DNA of 64,000 bases from a virus (lineage: Duplodnaviria; Heunggongvirae; Uroviricota; Caudoviricetes). Location of the stretch: the IMG/VR virus record IMGVR_UViG_3300042901_002340; one strand, written 5' to 3'. The translations under genes were made by a program, and so were the position numbers. The notes below the pieces were generated by a model that was not told the DNA's origin, did no database searches, and worked only from the letters and a program-made list of their open reading frames with translations. Shown in pieces: positions 29,008 to 38,852 of the stretch (the stretch's first letter is position 1; each line of letters opens with the position of its first letter).

Positions 29008-29461
29008 TGGGTTTCAATTGGCAATCCTCAACAGCTACAGCTTTCTTGTTTTTATAGTAAACTCTATGAACATCTGCAAGAAAAGAAACCTCATCCGGAC
29101 CTAGAAATTCCATCATGAGTCTTAGAACTGATGGGAGAACTTCCGATTCATGGAAGATCATTCGGATCTCCTTATAACCATTTCTCTTTCCCTCCTCCCA
29201 ATCCTCCGGATCCTTGATGTTGCTTTCATTGGTGTGTGTCTTGTGTTCATAGATCTGTCCATCGTAGTAACTGAACTCGCTAGTTTCCCCAACTATGCCG
29301 TCCAATTCCTTGACGTCATTAAAGAATTGATCGGTTCCCTTTTCCTCTATATACTTTTTGAATTCTGCAAATATCTCCGGAAATTCTTTCTCGTGTATTT
29401 TGAATTCTTTGTGATCGTGACCCATCTTATCCCAAAGGATCGAAGAATATAAACTCACCAT
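28997..29461 (-). CDS. Hypothetical protein
   Basis: 154-aa ORF. Confidence 0.45.
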   Translation of the reverse strand: MVSLYSSILWDKMGHDHKEFKIHEKEFPEIFAEFKKYIEEKGTDQFFNDVKELDGIVGETSEFSYYDGQIYEHKTHTNESNIKDPEDWEEGKRNGYKEIRMIFHESEVLPSVLRLMMEFLGPDEVSFLADVHRVYYKNKKAVAVEDCQLKPNDE

Positions 29462-30366
29462 TATTTTTTCTTTTTAAAGTACTTATCCATAATATGTGTG
29501 ATGATATTATGTTTTTTATCGGTACAAGTTATTGTTATATAATTTTTTGATGCGTTTTGTGTGTGAACTAGACCATATCTTTTCATCAATGTAATATCAA
29601 CCTCAGGTGTAAGAGAAGCTGAGTTTACTCTCTCACTTTTATTGAAAACCTCACCCTCTGAATGCTCAACCAGAAATATTCCTTCGTTCATCGGTCCGTT
29701 ATTTCTGCCTATAACCACTCTTTTATCCTTCCAGCTAAGATTTGGATTTACTAGGATTTCAATTTTTCCCCTGTATACCCCACATTTATAGATTAATCCT
29801 GATAGTCCTCTCTGTCCCATTGATGAATCATGTTCAATTGGACTGAATCCTTCGCTGTCGGAAAAATGTGGTAATAATCCGGGCCCTATTATAACAAAGT
29901 TTGCTGGTCCGATTCTTGAAGCAGCCGCTATTCGGTTGGATAAAAGTAGTACCTTTCTTGGCAATTCCCCATCCTTTGATAGGTCAAGCATTGGAATATA
30001 TCCCGTCCATTTATTGGCAAGGTTCTGGATTTTTGTCCATAGCTTTCTGTTTGATTCGTAACCAAGCAATTTCATTTTTTTATAAATCTGCTTTTCCTGA
30101 CCTGTACTGGATTCTCCTATAAGAGTGGATTCAATCATTGTCATAGCATCAATACCATAAGCATCAAGATCTTTTATCTGTTCGCCGTTGATTGTCGATT
30201 TAACCCGGTATGTCTCTAGTTCAACAAGTTTTGTTTTTGTTGTTACCCCGATTTCTGGAAATCCGTCTTCGCTAGGTGTATCTTTTAATTCTGTGGTCAG
30301 GTAAGTTAATATCCCATGTCCACTGTCTACCTGTGATACAGATATATGTTTTTTAATCTCACTCAT
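29461..30366 (-). CDS. Hypothetical protein
   Basis: 301-aa ORF with no recognised motif. Confidence 0.5.
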   Translation of the reverse strand: MSEIKKHISVSQVDSGHGILTYLTTELKDTPSEDGFPEIGVTTKTKLVELETYRVKSTINGEQIKDLDAYGIDAMTMIESTLIGESSTGQEKQIYKKMKLLGYESNRKLWTKIQNLANKWTGYIPMLDLSKDGELPRKVLLLSNRIAAASRIGPANFVIIGPGLLPHFSDSEGFSPIEHDSSMGQRGLSGLIYKCGVYRGKIEILVNPNLSWKDKRVVIGRNNGPMNEGIFLVEHSEGEVFNKSERVNSASLTPEVDITLMKRYGLVHTQNASKNYITITCTDKKHNIITHIMDKYFKKKK

Positions 30367-30429
30367 TTACATAAGTTATTTTTAAATCGCTTCTTAGAAG
30401 CTCGCAGGATTTTGTGGATTCCCAACCAT

Positions 30430-30942
30430 TTAATATTTTCTTCTGGCTTCTCTCCCTATTGTTGTAAGTAAAGCACCAAAAGCAGAATCGAAGTCCGGAT
30501 ATTGTGGCATTTCGTATCTTGTACATAGGATATCAACGTTGCCCTTTCTGTAGAATCCATCAGGACAGCAAACTATAACTTTAGCGTTACTACCTGCACA
30601 TAGGCCTAATTCTAATAGAGTTATTGGACTTTTGGATTCTGGTAGGATGTTAAAGAATATCACATCCGAATCCTCGATGTTGTCAAGTTCCCAGTTTACT
30701 TGGTAGTTGAATACTGAGTTGGATTCTTCCTGTTCCCATGTGTTGTCCCATGAATCCCTTCTTGGGTTGTAAACATCTACGTGATGTGTGAAACCAATCT
30801 CATTATCGAAGGATGATAATCTTCTGTAAGTTTCCTCTTGCCAATCCTCAGAATTTCCCATCTCAATGGTTCCAGCTAGGAACACCGATATTGGGTCTGG
30901 TTGCTGTGTGAAATCGTTGTCAGGTTTTATTAAAGTTACCAT
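30430..30942 (-). CDS. Nucleoside 2-deoxyribosyltransferase-like (NDT/Rcl superfamily) protein
   Basis: VFLAGTIEMG...W near the N-terminus and ...DSDVIFFNILPESKSPITLLELGLCAGSNAKVIV resemble the NDT-like fold. Confidence 0.45.
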   Translation of the reverse strand: MVTLIKPDNDFTQQPDPISVFLAGTIEMGNSEDWQEETYRRLSSFDNEIGFTHHVDVYNPRRDSWDNTWEQEESNSVFNYQVNWELDNIEDSDVIFFNILPESKSPITLLELGLCAGSNAKVIVCCPDGFYRKGNVDILCTRYEMPQYPDFDSAFGALLTTIGREARRKY

Positions 30943-31033
30943 GTTAATTATTTAGAATTTATACAAATTTAAGTGATTTTGTTTCATAAAAAAACCCGTG
31001 ATTACTCACGGGTTTTGCATATATGTTCAGGTA

Positions 31034-32947
31034 TTATTTGTTACCTCTTTTAGGTCCTTCCTGACTAATTGGACTTGATGGAGTTACCTCTGGAGTTTCC
31101 TTAACCTCAGCAGCAGCTTTTCTAGCGTTAACCTGGTTTAGTAATTCCATCCCAAGCAATCCTGAGATTGGTCCATTAGAACCATCTCCTCCGCTGATAA
31201 GGATTTCAGGAATGATCTTGATGTTATTAACCCCGATTGACTCTACAACTTTTAATTGTCCGAAGTTATCAGCACCCATCGCTTGAACTTGTTTCTCGTA
31301 AGCTTCTGCTGTCGCTCTACCGATAGCTTCAATCTTAGAAGCCTCAGCCTTACCTGTTACTTCGATTTGAGTAGCATCTGCTTTTGCCATCAGTTCTTTT
31401 GCTTTTGCCTCCGCTCCAGCTTTGATTTCAATAGCTTTTGCTTCCCCTTCAGATCTCTTAACTTCAGCTTCAGCTTTTCTTTGCGAGATCTCAACTGATT
31501 GCTGTGCACTTACCATTTCTCCTTGCATGTTAGCCAAGGCTTTTGCTGATTCAAGGGTTTTACGTTGATCTTGTGCTTTTTTCTGAGTCTCGAATGTTAC
31601 CTCCTCTTCCTGTGCGATCTTACGATCTGTTAATGTTTTCATTAACGATTCAGGTGGGACGATGTCTCCGATTAATGTATCTACTGCATGTACATTGTAC
31701 TCATCCAGAACTTTTGATATATTCGCCTTTGCAGCATCTTGTCTTTGCTGACGTGTTGATAGGAACGCAATAACATCTGAATCCTGTGCAGAGTTACGGA
31801 AGTAGTTACCAATTGTTGGCTCTAGTACTTGTGATACAAGATTTGACATAGAACCGAATCTAGCAATAACCTTTGGTGCCTCTGTGGAGGGAATGTGAAT
31901 AATTTGAGATACGTCCAGATTGAATGGGAATCCATCCTTAGATCTAACCGTGATGGTGCTTAGATTTTTATCCAAATTGTGGGATTCTGATCTGGCATTT
32001 GCCCAGTTGAGTACCAGATTTGTTGTTGGAACAACTTCAATTTTCTGTGTGTATGGATTGATTGCATATTTACCTGGATCCAATGGCGTAATGCAAACAC
32101 CTTTTTGTCCCTTCTGAACAATATTTCCATGTTTGAATGTATCCCCTGTGGTATCAACACCCTCGTCACCAACATAAGATATAACAACACCAACGTGACC
32201 AATTGGTATCTGTGTCATCTCCTTCTTCTCTATTTCTATTGCCCAAGGATTAATCGAATATGAACCTGCTTGAATAACCTGAACTTGAAGTCCTCTTTGG
32301 CCTCCATTTTCTAAGAATTTATCAAAATCCTGGAAGTTATTATGCCCATCCACCGTTGATCCTGCGATCGATCCGGTTTTAAGAGGTATACCATCCAATG
32401 CAGTTATTACCCCAACCATTCCGTCTTCAATGTAAGTGATATCTGCTTCGTATATCTCGAATATATGTTTGTTGATACGATATACCCCGTTATTAAGATA
32501 TCCGACCTGCTTACCACGTTGACCTCCATTAGTTAAGAATTCTCTAGCTGACTGGTAGTTATCGCAATCAACGTGTCTGGCTAAAATGGACCCTGTTGGG
32601 AGTTGGGCACCGTCCTTAGATGTAATTATTCCAATTTTTCCTTTCTGGATAACCGTTAATGGTGATTGGTCAATTGTGAATTGCCAAGGCCAATAGAACC
32701 AATATAATCCTGGTGCTAATGTATCAGCCTGAAATCCAGGTTCTCCATTAAGAGCAATAATCTTACCATCAGGTAATGTTTTGTTTGCTCCGAAAAGTAC
32801 GAATTTTTTGGTAACTAGACCAATTTTATCCTCTGGGATAATTACCATACCGAAGAATACTCGGAGCGTGAATTTGTAAAATAGTACAGCTAGAATTGGA
32901 ATAATCCACCAAGCATACCCTAATAAATTTGAAATTTGTTCGTGCAT
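31034..32947 (-). CDS. SPFH / band-7 / flotillin-like protein
   Basis: 637 aa. N-terminal TM segment, SPFH-like beta-rich region, and a C-terminal flotillin-like EA-repeat coiled coil (QRKAEAEVKRSEGEAKAIEIKAGAEAKAKELMAKADATQIEVTGKAEASKIEAIGRATAEAYEKQ). Confidence 0.65.
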   Translation of the reverse strand: MHEQISNLLGYAWWIIPILAVLFYKFTLRVFFGMVIIPEDKIGLVTKKFVLFGANKTLPDGKIIALNGEPGFQADTLAPGLYWFYWPWQFTIDQSPLTVIQKGKIGIITSKDGAQLPTGSILARHVDCDNYQSAREFLTNGGQRGKQVGYLNNGVYRINKHIFEIYEADITYIEDGMVGVITALDGIPLKTGSIAGSTVDGHNNFQDFDKFLENGGQRGLQVQVIQAGSYSINPWAIEIEKKEMTQIPIGHVGVVISYVGDEGVDTTGDTFKHGNIVQKGQKGVCITPLDPGKYAINPYTQKIEVVPTTNLVLNWANARSESHNLDKNLSTITVRSKDGFPFNLDVSQIIHIPSTEAPKVIARFGSMSNLVSQVLEPTIGNYFRNSAQDSDVIAFLSTRQQRQDAAKANISKVLDEYNVHAVDTLIGDIVPPESLMKTLTDRKIAQEEEVTFETQKKAQDQRKTLESAKALANMQGEMVSAQQSVEISQRKAEAEVKRSEGEAKAIEIKAGAEAKAKELMAKADATQIEVTGKAEASKIEAIGRATAEAYEKQVQAMGADNFGQLKVVESIGVNNIKIIPEILISGGDGSNGPISGLLGMELLNQVNARKAAAEVKETPEVTPSSPISQEGPKRGNK

Positions 32948-32980
32948 TTTTTTAATTATTAATTGTTAATATTATTGAAT

Positions 32981-33014
32981 GCAAATATATGACAAAATTT
33001 CGAATTAAAAAAAT
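32981..33014 (-). promoter_or_regulatory. Conserved promoter element (gcaaatatatg ... ttcgaattaaaaaaat)
   Basis: Lies upstream of 31034..32947. The terminator hairpin aaaaaatccgaaatttatttcggatttttt follows it. Confidence 0.5.
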
Positions 33015-33196
33015 AAATCACAAAAAAAATCCGAAATTTATTTCGGATTTTTTGTTAGTATATTCCCCAATCTGGAATGGTTATTATCTTTTCCTTCCTT
33101 GGCCTTTTAACCTTTGATTTTTTAGGAAATTCCATGTCTTCATCAATCTTTTGTATGAAGGTTTTAAATGTTTTTATATTCTCAAAAGTTTTCATT

Positions 33197-33943
33197 TTAA
33201 GTGATTATTTTTGCGGCTATATTCTCAACGAATGCCTTCATATCTGCAGGTGATATCTTATCTACAGAGTCTTCCATGCTATGACATAGAAATAGAACTT
33301 CAAAATCTAAGCATCTCCCATCGGAACAAACAACTGGTGTTTTCTTATCTGTTGGAGGCAATGGATTGATAACAACAGAATCTATACCATTCCTTCTGAA
33401 AATAACAGAATCGTTGAAAGGTGTTCTAACTATTGGACAATCAAAGATGGATTGGATGTGATCTGTTAGTGGCCCTGGGTAGTCTCCAATAAAGAAATCT
33501 TCACCCCCTCTGCCGGTTAACTCGAAATTAAGTACCCATTTGATATCACCAAAATCTCCAGCATTAATTCTTTCGCTCAGATGTTTGGATCCAAATCCTC
33601 CATACTCTTCACCGTCCAATATCGATACGTTTATTGAAGGTACCAATTTCTTAAGTGCAATCGCATTAATAACTGAACAGCTATTATCATTTGCATTGTC
33701 TGATTTTGGATTAACTATATCGTGATGAGCAACAACAAACTGGTTTGAATTACCTAACAGATTGATATTGAACCCGTCAGTTTTCTCATCGACAGGGAAA
33801 CGATCAATCTCGTATTCTATCCCCTCTTTTTTAAGAAGAGACACTATAAACTCCAGCCTGGGGGTAAGTTCCTTCCCATTGGTGAAGATAGGACCTACAT
33901 TTTTTGCGGCACAGAGCCCATAAATTTCATTGTATATACTCAT
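33197..33943 (-). CDS. Zn-dependent peptidase-like protein (M28/M20-like motifs)
   Basis: VVAHHDIV (H.D), ANDNSCSV (GA.DD.SG-like) and ...NDSVIFRRNGIDSV (SDH..F...GIP-like). Confidence 0.4.
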   Translation of the reverse strand: MSIYNEIYGLCAAKNVGPIFTNGKELTPRLEFIVSLLKKEGIEYEIDRFPVDEKTDGFNINLLGNSNQFVVAHHDIVNPKSDNANDNSCSVINAIALKKLVPSINVSILDGEEYGGFGSKHLSERINAGDFGDIKWVLNFELTGRGGEDFFIGDYPGPLTDHIQSIFDCPIVRTPFNDSVIFRRNGIDSVVINPLPPTDKKTPVVCSDGRCLDFEVLFLCHSMEDSVDKISPADMKAFVENIAAKIIT

Positions 33944-33961
33944 CAGATTATTTTAATTTAT

Positions 33962-34972
33962 CTATATATCATCCTCGTCCCCATCCTCATCGTAGCCATA
34001 GTACTCTTTCATTTTGGCGACTGATGGTTCTAAGGATGTTATGATTCTTTTCCAACCTTCCCAGTTGAAGTGTTGTGACCCGTACTGAGATCTTTGGAGT
34101 TTGAAACACATCCCTCCCATTGCTGAAGTTAATCTCGCAGTTTCAATTAGCCACTCAAAATCAGTTCCTTCTCTTAGACAAGATGTAACTAAAACTACTG
34201 CATGCTCACGCTTCATGCTTTCTAATAAATGTATTCTTGAGGAGTACATAGCTTCCCTTAGTTTCTCGGGAAATGTTTTACTTTTTCTGTTACCTTCACC
34301 AATCTTGATGAACTTGGCTATACCTTTTCTCATGCCATCGGTATATTCTTTTTGCCATTTTGCTTCGTAGCTGTCTTTCCTACCTTCTGCTGAGAAGTCC
34401 GGATCGGTTAACGTGTCATAAACAGGAGCATGGATATAAGTAACCGTTAGTGCCTTGCAGATATCAAGTATAAACTCGGGTAAATTATTATCCACTCCTT
34501 TAAGTTTCCACCTGTTATCGGATTCCCCATCAGTTCCTTTCATACCATACGTGAACCATCTGTCATCAGTTGCTACATCCATCAAGCTGGCAAAGGGAAT
34601 TCCACATAGGATCCCCTCCATTAACTTTACTCTTTTTTGGGTCTCCTCGTCATCCATAGGAACGACATCACCGCAATCGTTATACTTACCTCTAATAGCA
34701 GGTCCAAATGGAACATAGTCAGACATAGCACCTTCGTTAGAAACCTCCATGCCTTTGTGGTCCATGTTGTTACCCCAATTTTCGGTTGTTCGTTCCCATG
34801 TTTGCAAAGCTTTTTCCAGACCTTCCTTCTTTGCTTGTTTAATAAAAGATGAAACCATGTAACCGCTACCTTCTTGTGCGGTTCTCCTTGGTAACATGAA
34901 TTGGACTACTAATTCTTGTCTATCTACGATTGTTTGATTTGTGATTGAACACAATGTGTAAAAACTTCCCAT
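33962..34972 (-). CDS. Hypothetical protein
   Basis: 336-aa ORF with an acidic C-terminal tail. Confidence 0.5.
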   Translation of the reverse strand: MGSFYTLCSITNQTIVDRQELVVQFMLPRRTAQEGSGYMVSSFIKQAKKEGLEKALQTWERTTENWGNNMDHKGMEVSNEGAMSDYVPFGPAIRGKYNDCGDVVPMDDEETQKRVKLMEGILCGIPFASLMDVATDDRWFTYGMKGTDGESDNRWKLKGVDNNLPEFILDICKALTVTYIHAPVYDTLTDPDFSAEGRKDSYEAKWQKEYTDGMRKGIAKFIKIGEGNRKSKTFPEKLREAMYSSRIHLLESMKREHAVVLVTSCLREGTDFEWLIETARLTSAMGGMCFKLQRSQYGSQHFNWEGWKRIITSLEPSVAKMKEYYGYDEDGDEDDI

Positions 34973-35355
34973 TATTTTTTTAGATTAATTGCTTTTTTTA
35001 GACCCTCCTCCAGGGCATCTTCATAGATAGTGAATGCTTCGTCACATTCAAAAGTTGTTTCATTATCGTCCATTATTAGCCATTCGTAATGACCTTCTTT
35101 TAGTGCGGGAACAATGAAAACATTTATTCCTAATTCTTCCCTCAGCCATTTCTGAAGAAGTGATTGTGTTGGCGCCGATATTGATTCTTCAGTATTATTA
35201 CATTTTCCAATACCTTGTTTTGAGAGTAGTACCTTCAAATACTCAGGATCCCAATAGTATCTTCCATCAACTGGAATATTGAATCCCTTTGACTTAGCTA
35301 ATTCTGCGGTCTCTATGGTTATTAATTTTTCTTCCATTCCTTTATTATTCCTCAA
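34972..35355 (-). CDS. Hypothetical protein, family B paralog (see 54794..55939)
   Basis: Shares LAKSKGFNIP...YYWDP and PTQSLLQKWLREELGINVFI with three tandem ORFs at 54.8-55.9 kb. Confidence 0.5.
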   Translation of the reverse strand: MRNNKGMEEKLITIETAELAKSKGFNIPVDGRYYWDPEYLKVLLSKQGIGKCNNTEESISAPTQSLLQKWLREELGINVFIVPALKEGHYEWLIMDDNETTFECDEAFTIYEDALEEGLKKAINLKK

Positions 35356-35385
35356 ATATATGAAATCCTTTCGAATAAAAAAAAT
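35351..35385 (-). promoter_or_regulatory. Conserved promoter element (ctcaaatatatg ... ttcgaataaaaaaaat)
   Basis: Lies upstream of 34972..35355. Confidence 0.45.
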
Positions 35386-35421
35386 CCCGAATGATATATT
35401 CGGGATTTTTTATTTTGGTGA

Positions 35422-37083
35422 TTATTTTAATCTCTCTCTAATTTCTGTTAGCGTGACCTGATTGTGGAATTTACCATCCTCATAGATGGTAAATAATAAA
35501 CCACTGTCTTCCTGCTCCTTAGTGCATTCGGTATTTACCTCCAACTGATCCTTACCATCGTACTTGATCTCGTAAGGTAAGGCATCTGGCCTGTTATTGA
35601 ATACCTGACAGAAACCCTTTAATGATTTTTTAGTACCATTATCTGTTATTGGGTCTTTGTAGATATTATATTCGGTCGTGATGTAATCAGTTTGACCGTC
35701 AGGATCAACACCATTAAATTCCTTAGTAGAGAACCAAGCTCCTTTAGCTGCATATCCAGCAGAGTCTCTTGTTAGCATGACATATGTGTAAGAACCAACC
35801 CCTACAACGACGTTAGTAGATGCAAATCCTTTGGCTTCTGACCTTGTGTAGATAGCAATTTGTCTTTCCAAGTTGATTGAATCACCGTAGATGGCTCCAA
35901 TGTGTGGGTCCAATCTTTTATATCCTTGTTCATTGATAGTTCCACCAAAGATATCCCAAAGTAATTCAATAACACCTTTACCTTCTGGAGTTCCAGTGTG
36001 TAATGTTGATTCGCTACCGCAAATAATATCGACTGGGTCTCCAGAATCAGGACGAATTACAAGTTTACCATCTCTTGCAAGGATTTCCTTTTTAAGTCTT
36101 GGTAGAATGTGCGTAATAACTTTCCATAAATCCATTGTATCAGAAACTGCAGAAAGAATGCCTTTAGGGAATTTTTTCAACCAATCTCGAAGATTAAGGT
36201 ATTCTGCAATTGCTAGGTAGTCCGGAGCATCAACCGATCCCTCGCAAGGGGAATCGAAAGAATAGTAGTTTAGAATCTCATGGTTTAATTTTCCAGATTT
36301 TAATTTTTTCTCGTAGAAGAAAATACCTGTACAAGTCACGCTGTGCTCTGAAGCATTAACGCTATAAACAGGAACCTCATTCTCATCAAAATCGTAGTAG
36401 TATCTTGATGCCGGGATAACATTTAATGTGTCGCTACCAGAATTACTCATGGCGTGTCCTAAACCGATTGCGATTGAGGTGAAAGGATTACCACCTCTAC
36501 TATGAAAATCGTGACACATGAAATCAGCTAACCAAAGATTCTCCGGATCTGTTTTGGTAACCCATTCCACAGCATTCTTTTTGAATCTGTGTGCAATGGT
36601 AGCAGCAGTAGGTAATTGCCAAGCCAATTTAGAAACCAATGTCTCTAAGTAAAGTCCAAGCCATGCATAACCATCAACAGTATTAATACCCGTCATGTGA
36701 GGGATATTTGGTTTGGTGAAGGTTCCTTCTGGGATAGCTTTGATTTTAACTGGAAGGTATCCAAGTTTATGAAGCTCTGTGAAATGCCCAGCATCATAGT
36801 CCATCATAAGATACTTAGCCATATCTCTTCCAAATTTCTCTGCCACCTCCACATGTTTATTGAAGAAAAGCTCCTGAAAGTTACTATGAATGTATCTCCA
36901 AACTAATTGTTGACCTGCTGACATGATGCCGTCTATCGATGGATGCATGTACTTGATGCTTCTTGGAATCCATGTCCAATATTCGGTTGCTGTGTTTTCA
37001 GCTAACATTGCCTTGTGCCCAACTTTATACCCGTCGGATTCGTAAAGGGGGTTGATTTTAAACGTTTCGTTTAGTTTTTCCAT
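35422..37083 (-). CDS. nadV: Nicotinamide phosphoribosyltransferase (NAMPT / NadV-like; could be a Namat-type enzyme)
   Basis: Recalled NAMPT blocks aligned by eye: DGYKVGHKAM (cf. DSYKVTHYKQ), KIKAIPEGT, CHDFHSRGG (cf. LHDFGYRG), LVIRPDSGDPVDII (cf. LIIRPDSGNPLDTV), GAIYGDSIN. Confidence 0.8.
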   Translation of the reverse strand: MEKLNETFKINPLYESDGYKVGHKAMLAENTATEYWTWIPRSIKYMHPSIDGIMSAGQQLVWRYIHSNFQELFFNKHVEVAEKFGRDMAKYLMMDYDAGHFTELHKLGYLPVKIKAIPEGTFTKPNIPHMTGINTVDGYAWLGLYLETLVSKLAWQLPTAATIAHRFKKNAVEWVTKTDPENLWLADFMCHDFHSRGGNPFTSIAIGLGHAMSNSGSDTLNVIPASRYYYDFDENEVPVYSVNASEHSVTCTGIFFYEKKLKSGKLNHEILNYYSFDSPCEGSVDAPDYLAIAEYLNLRDWLKKFPKGILSAVSDTMDLWKVITHILPRLKKEILARDGKLVIRPDSGDPVDIICGSESTLHTGTPEGKGVIELLWDIFGGTINEQGYKRLDPHIGAIYGDSINLERQIAIYTRSEAKGFASTNVVVGVGSYTYVMLTRDSAGYAAKGAWFSTKEFNGVDPDGQTDYITTEYNIYKDPITDNGTKKSLKGFCQVFNNRPDALPYEIKYDGKDQLEVNTECTKEQEDSGLLFTIYEDGKFHNQVTLTEIRERLK

Positions 37084-37088
37084 TTTTA

Positions 37089-37574
37089 TTAATTGTTTTC
37101 GTTTCCTATTATTTTTCTAATTTCCTCGTCAGTAAGAATAAATTTTGGATCTTCTCTATCTACGAATGTTGATTTATTTGTTTCAAACCACTTTGAGAAT
37201 TTTTTAGCATATATCTTAGTGTATGGATCTATAGAAAAAAGAAGTTCCGTGTGTATGAATGCGAAATTTCCATCCGTCGCGGGTAATCGGATTGCGCTAA
37301 CTTTCCCGTTTTTATTCAGTGAAAAAACTAGGGACAAATCTGAATTTGTATCTATTGAAGAGTACTTCCCAACCAGATCTTTATGTGCAAAGAAGTACAT
37401 GGAGCTATCGCCTCTCCAATTAAATTGGTACTCTCCGCTGGTAAGAAGTTCATAACTATACTTATATTTATGGAAATTCCTAAAATTAACCAATGTCGAC
37501 ATTAGCATCATAAGTAGAATGGTGATGCACACTGATAATATAACCGATGTGATTATTGTAATTGCTGTTGTCAT
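37089..37574 (-). CDS. Hypothetical membrane protein
   Basis: 161 aa with an N-terminal TM helix. Confidence 0.45.
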   Translation of the reverse strand: MTTAITIITSVILSVCITILLMMLMSTLVNFRNFHKYKYSYELLTSGEYQFNWRGDSSMYFFAHKDLVGKYSSIDTNSDLSLVFSLNKNGKVSAIRLPATDGNFAFIHTELLFSIDPYTKIYAKKFSKWFETNKSTFVDREDPKFILTDEEIRKIIGNENN

Positions 37575-37957
37575 TATAAAGTATTTAAAGATTTTTGTTT
37601 GGACTCTTCGAATGCGATTATAATTTTTTTTCTCCAGTATAGTGTATATGGGTCAAAGAAAGTAAAACTTGCCTCATGTATATAAGCGCTGATATTTCTT
37701 TTTCCAGTTAACAATTTTATTGATCCCTTTCCATCCCCAAAAAATATAATTTCGTTATCAGTAAAAGGATCTGTATTATCAGGTCTTCTGAAGTAGATGG
37801 TACTATCTGAGCTAAGATTTCTATCGCGAACATAGCTGCCATTCACTATAGCATCATATGTTGGTTTGTAGAATTGATAGTATTCTCTTAGTGTTAAGAA
37901 TGAGGATAACCATAGGATACCTATGATTATTACTAAAAGTAATATAATTGCTGTCAT
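37574..37957 (-). CDS. Hypothetical membrane protein
   Basis: 127 aa with an N-terminal TM helix. It shares the motif F..P.T..W.KK with 37089..37574. Confidence 0.45.
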   Translation of the reverse strand: MTAIILLLVIIIGILWLSSFLTLREYYQFYKPTYDAIVNGSYVRDRNLSSDSTIYFRRPDNTDPFTDNEIIFFGDGKGSIKLLTGKRNISAYIHEASFTFFDPYTLYWRKKIIIAFEESKQKSLNTL

Positions 37958-37959
37958 TA

Positions 37960-38451
37960 TTATTGGGTTTTATAGATTAATTCGTCTTTTTTGATGTATG
38001 GAATATGTATGTACTCATCCACTAAAGCTTTCTGTTTTTCTAAACATGATTCTAACATTTTAGATTTCTCTATTATAGCGGATTCTGGAACTTTTCTTTC
38101 TCTATTTTTATTTCTTTCCAAGCAAACTTTTAAAGGTGCTTCAACATAAACTAGTGTTATGTGATAACCTTTGTCCTTAAGCATTCCAATAATTCTCAAA
38201 GAGTAAGAGTTATTAACTCCACCAGAGTCCATGCACATAGAAATTCCTTTATCCGATAGTTCACACATTTGTCTTTCCGCTTCTTTAACACTCCATTGGT
38301 GAAGGGGTTCTGGATCCTTTGGGTCATAATCCTTATGTGATTGTTTGATAAGGTCAGCAGAAACTATAGAATAGTCTCCGGCATAGTCTCTATTGACTAT
38401 GGATGTTTTTCCTGATCCAGGTAAGCCGATAAAAAGTATTGCTTTTTTCAT
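37960..38451 (-). CDS. P-loop kinase (AAA_33 / polynucleotide-kinase or zeta-toxin-like fold)
   Basis: Walker A LFIGLPGSGKTSIV at the N-terminus. Size fits a small nucleotide or nucleoside kinase. Confidence 0.5.
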   Translation of the reverse strand: MKKAILFIGLPGSGKTSIVNRDYAGDYSIVSADLIKQSHKDYDPKDPEPLHQWSVKEAERQMCELSDKGISMCMDSGGVNNSYSLRIIGMLKDKGYHITLVYVEAPLKVCLERNKNRERKVPESAIIEKSKMLESCLEKQKALVDEYIHIPYIKKDELIYKTQ

Positions 38452-38466
38452 TCCCTTTAATTGTTA

Positions 38467-38500
38467 GGCAAATATAAAAAAAAATTCCGGATAAAAAAAT
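38467..38500 (-). promoter_or_regulatory. Conserved promoter element plus hairpin terminator
   Basis: ggcaaatataaa ... aattccggataaaaaaattttattcggaattttttt. The hairpin ends gene 38520..38852 and the promoter serves 37960..38451. Confidence 0.5.
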
Positions 38501-38519
38501 TTTATTCGGAATTTTTTAA

Positions 38520-38852
38520 CTAACAATCAATATATTTTATTTCGATGCCTTTCTTGACAGCAAATTCTATTTCCTCTGCGACACCTCTTGAATGATTCCA
38601 GCCTTCCATTTTGTAGACATGTAGCTCATCACTAACTTGAAGAAAGCTTAGACAGAAATTCTGCCAGAATGGCCAGTCTGTTGGCATTTCTTTAAATTGA
38701 GTAAGAGTGTGTCCGTATGTTATGGGTGAAAATGCTACGTTCCCTTTAGCACAAAGATCCGCTGCTATTTTTGATATTTTCTCGAAATTCTCCTCCCTTT
38801 TTTTGTCATCTGGATTGCTGTATGGCGATGCTAGGTAGATTATTTTTCCCAT
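38520..38852 (-). CDS. DUF1937-like protein (NDT-like clan)
   Basis: IYLASPYSNPD...FSPI...EGWNHSRGVAEEIEFAVKKGIEI matches the YLAsPYS / GW..S.GV..EI..A...G DUF1937 pattern as I recall it. Confidence 0.5.
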   Translation of the reverse strand: MGKIIYLASPYSNPDDKKREENFEKISKIAADLCAKGNVAFSPITYGHTLTQFKEMPTDWPFWQNFCLSFLQVSDELHVYKMEGWNHSRGVAEEIEFAVKKGIEIKYIDC

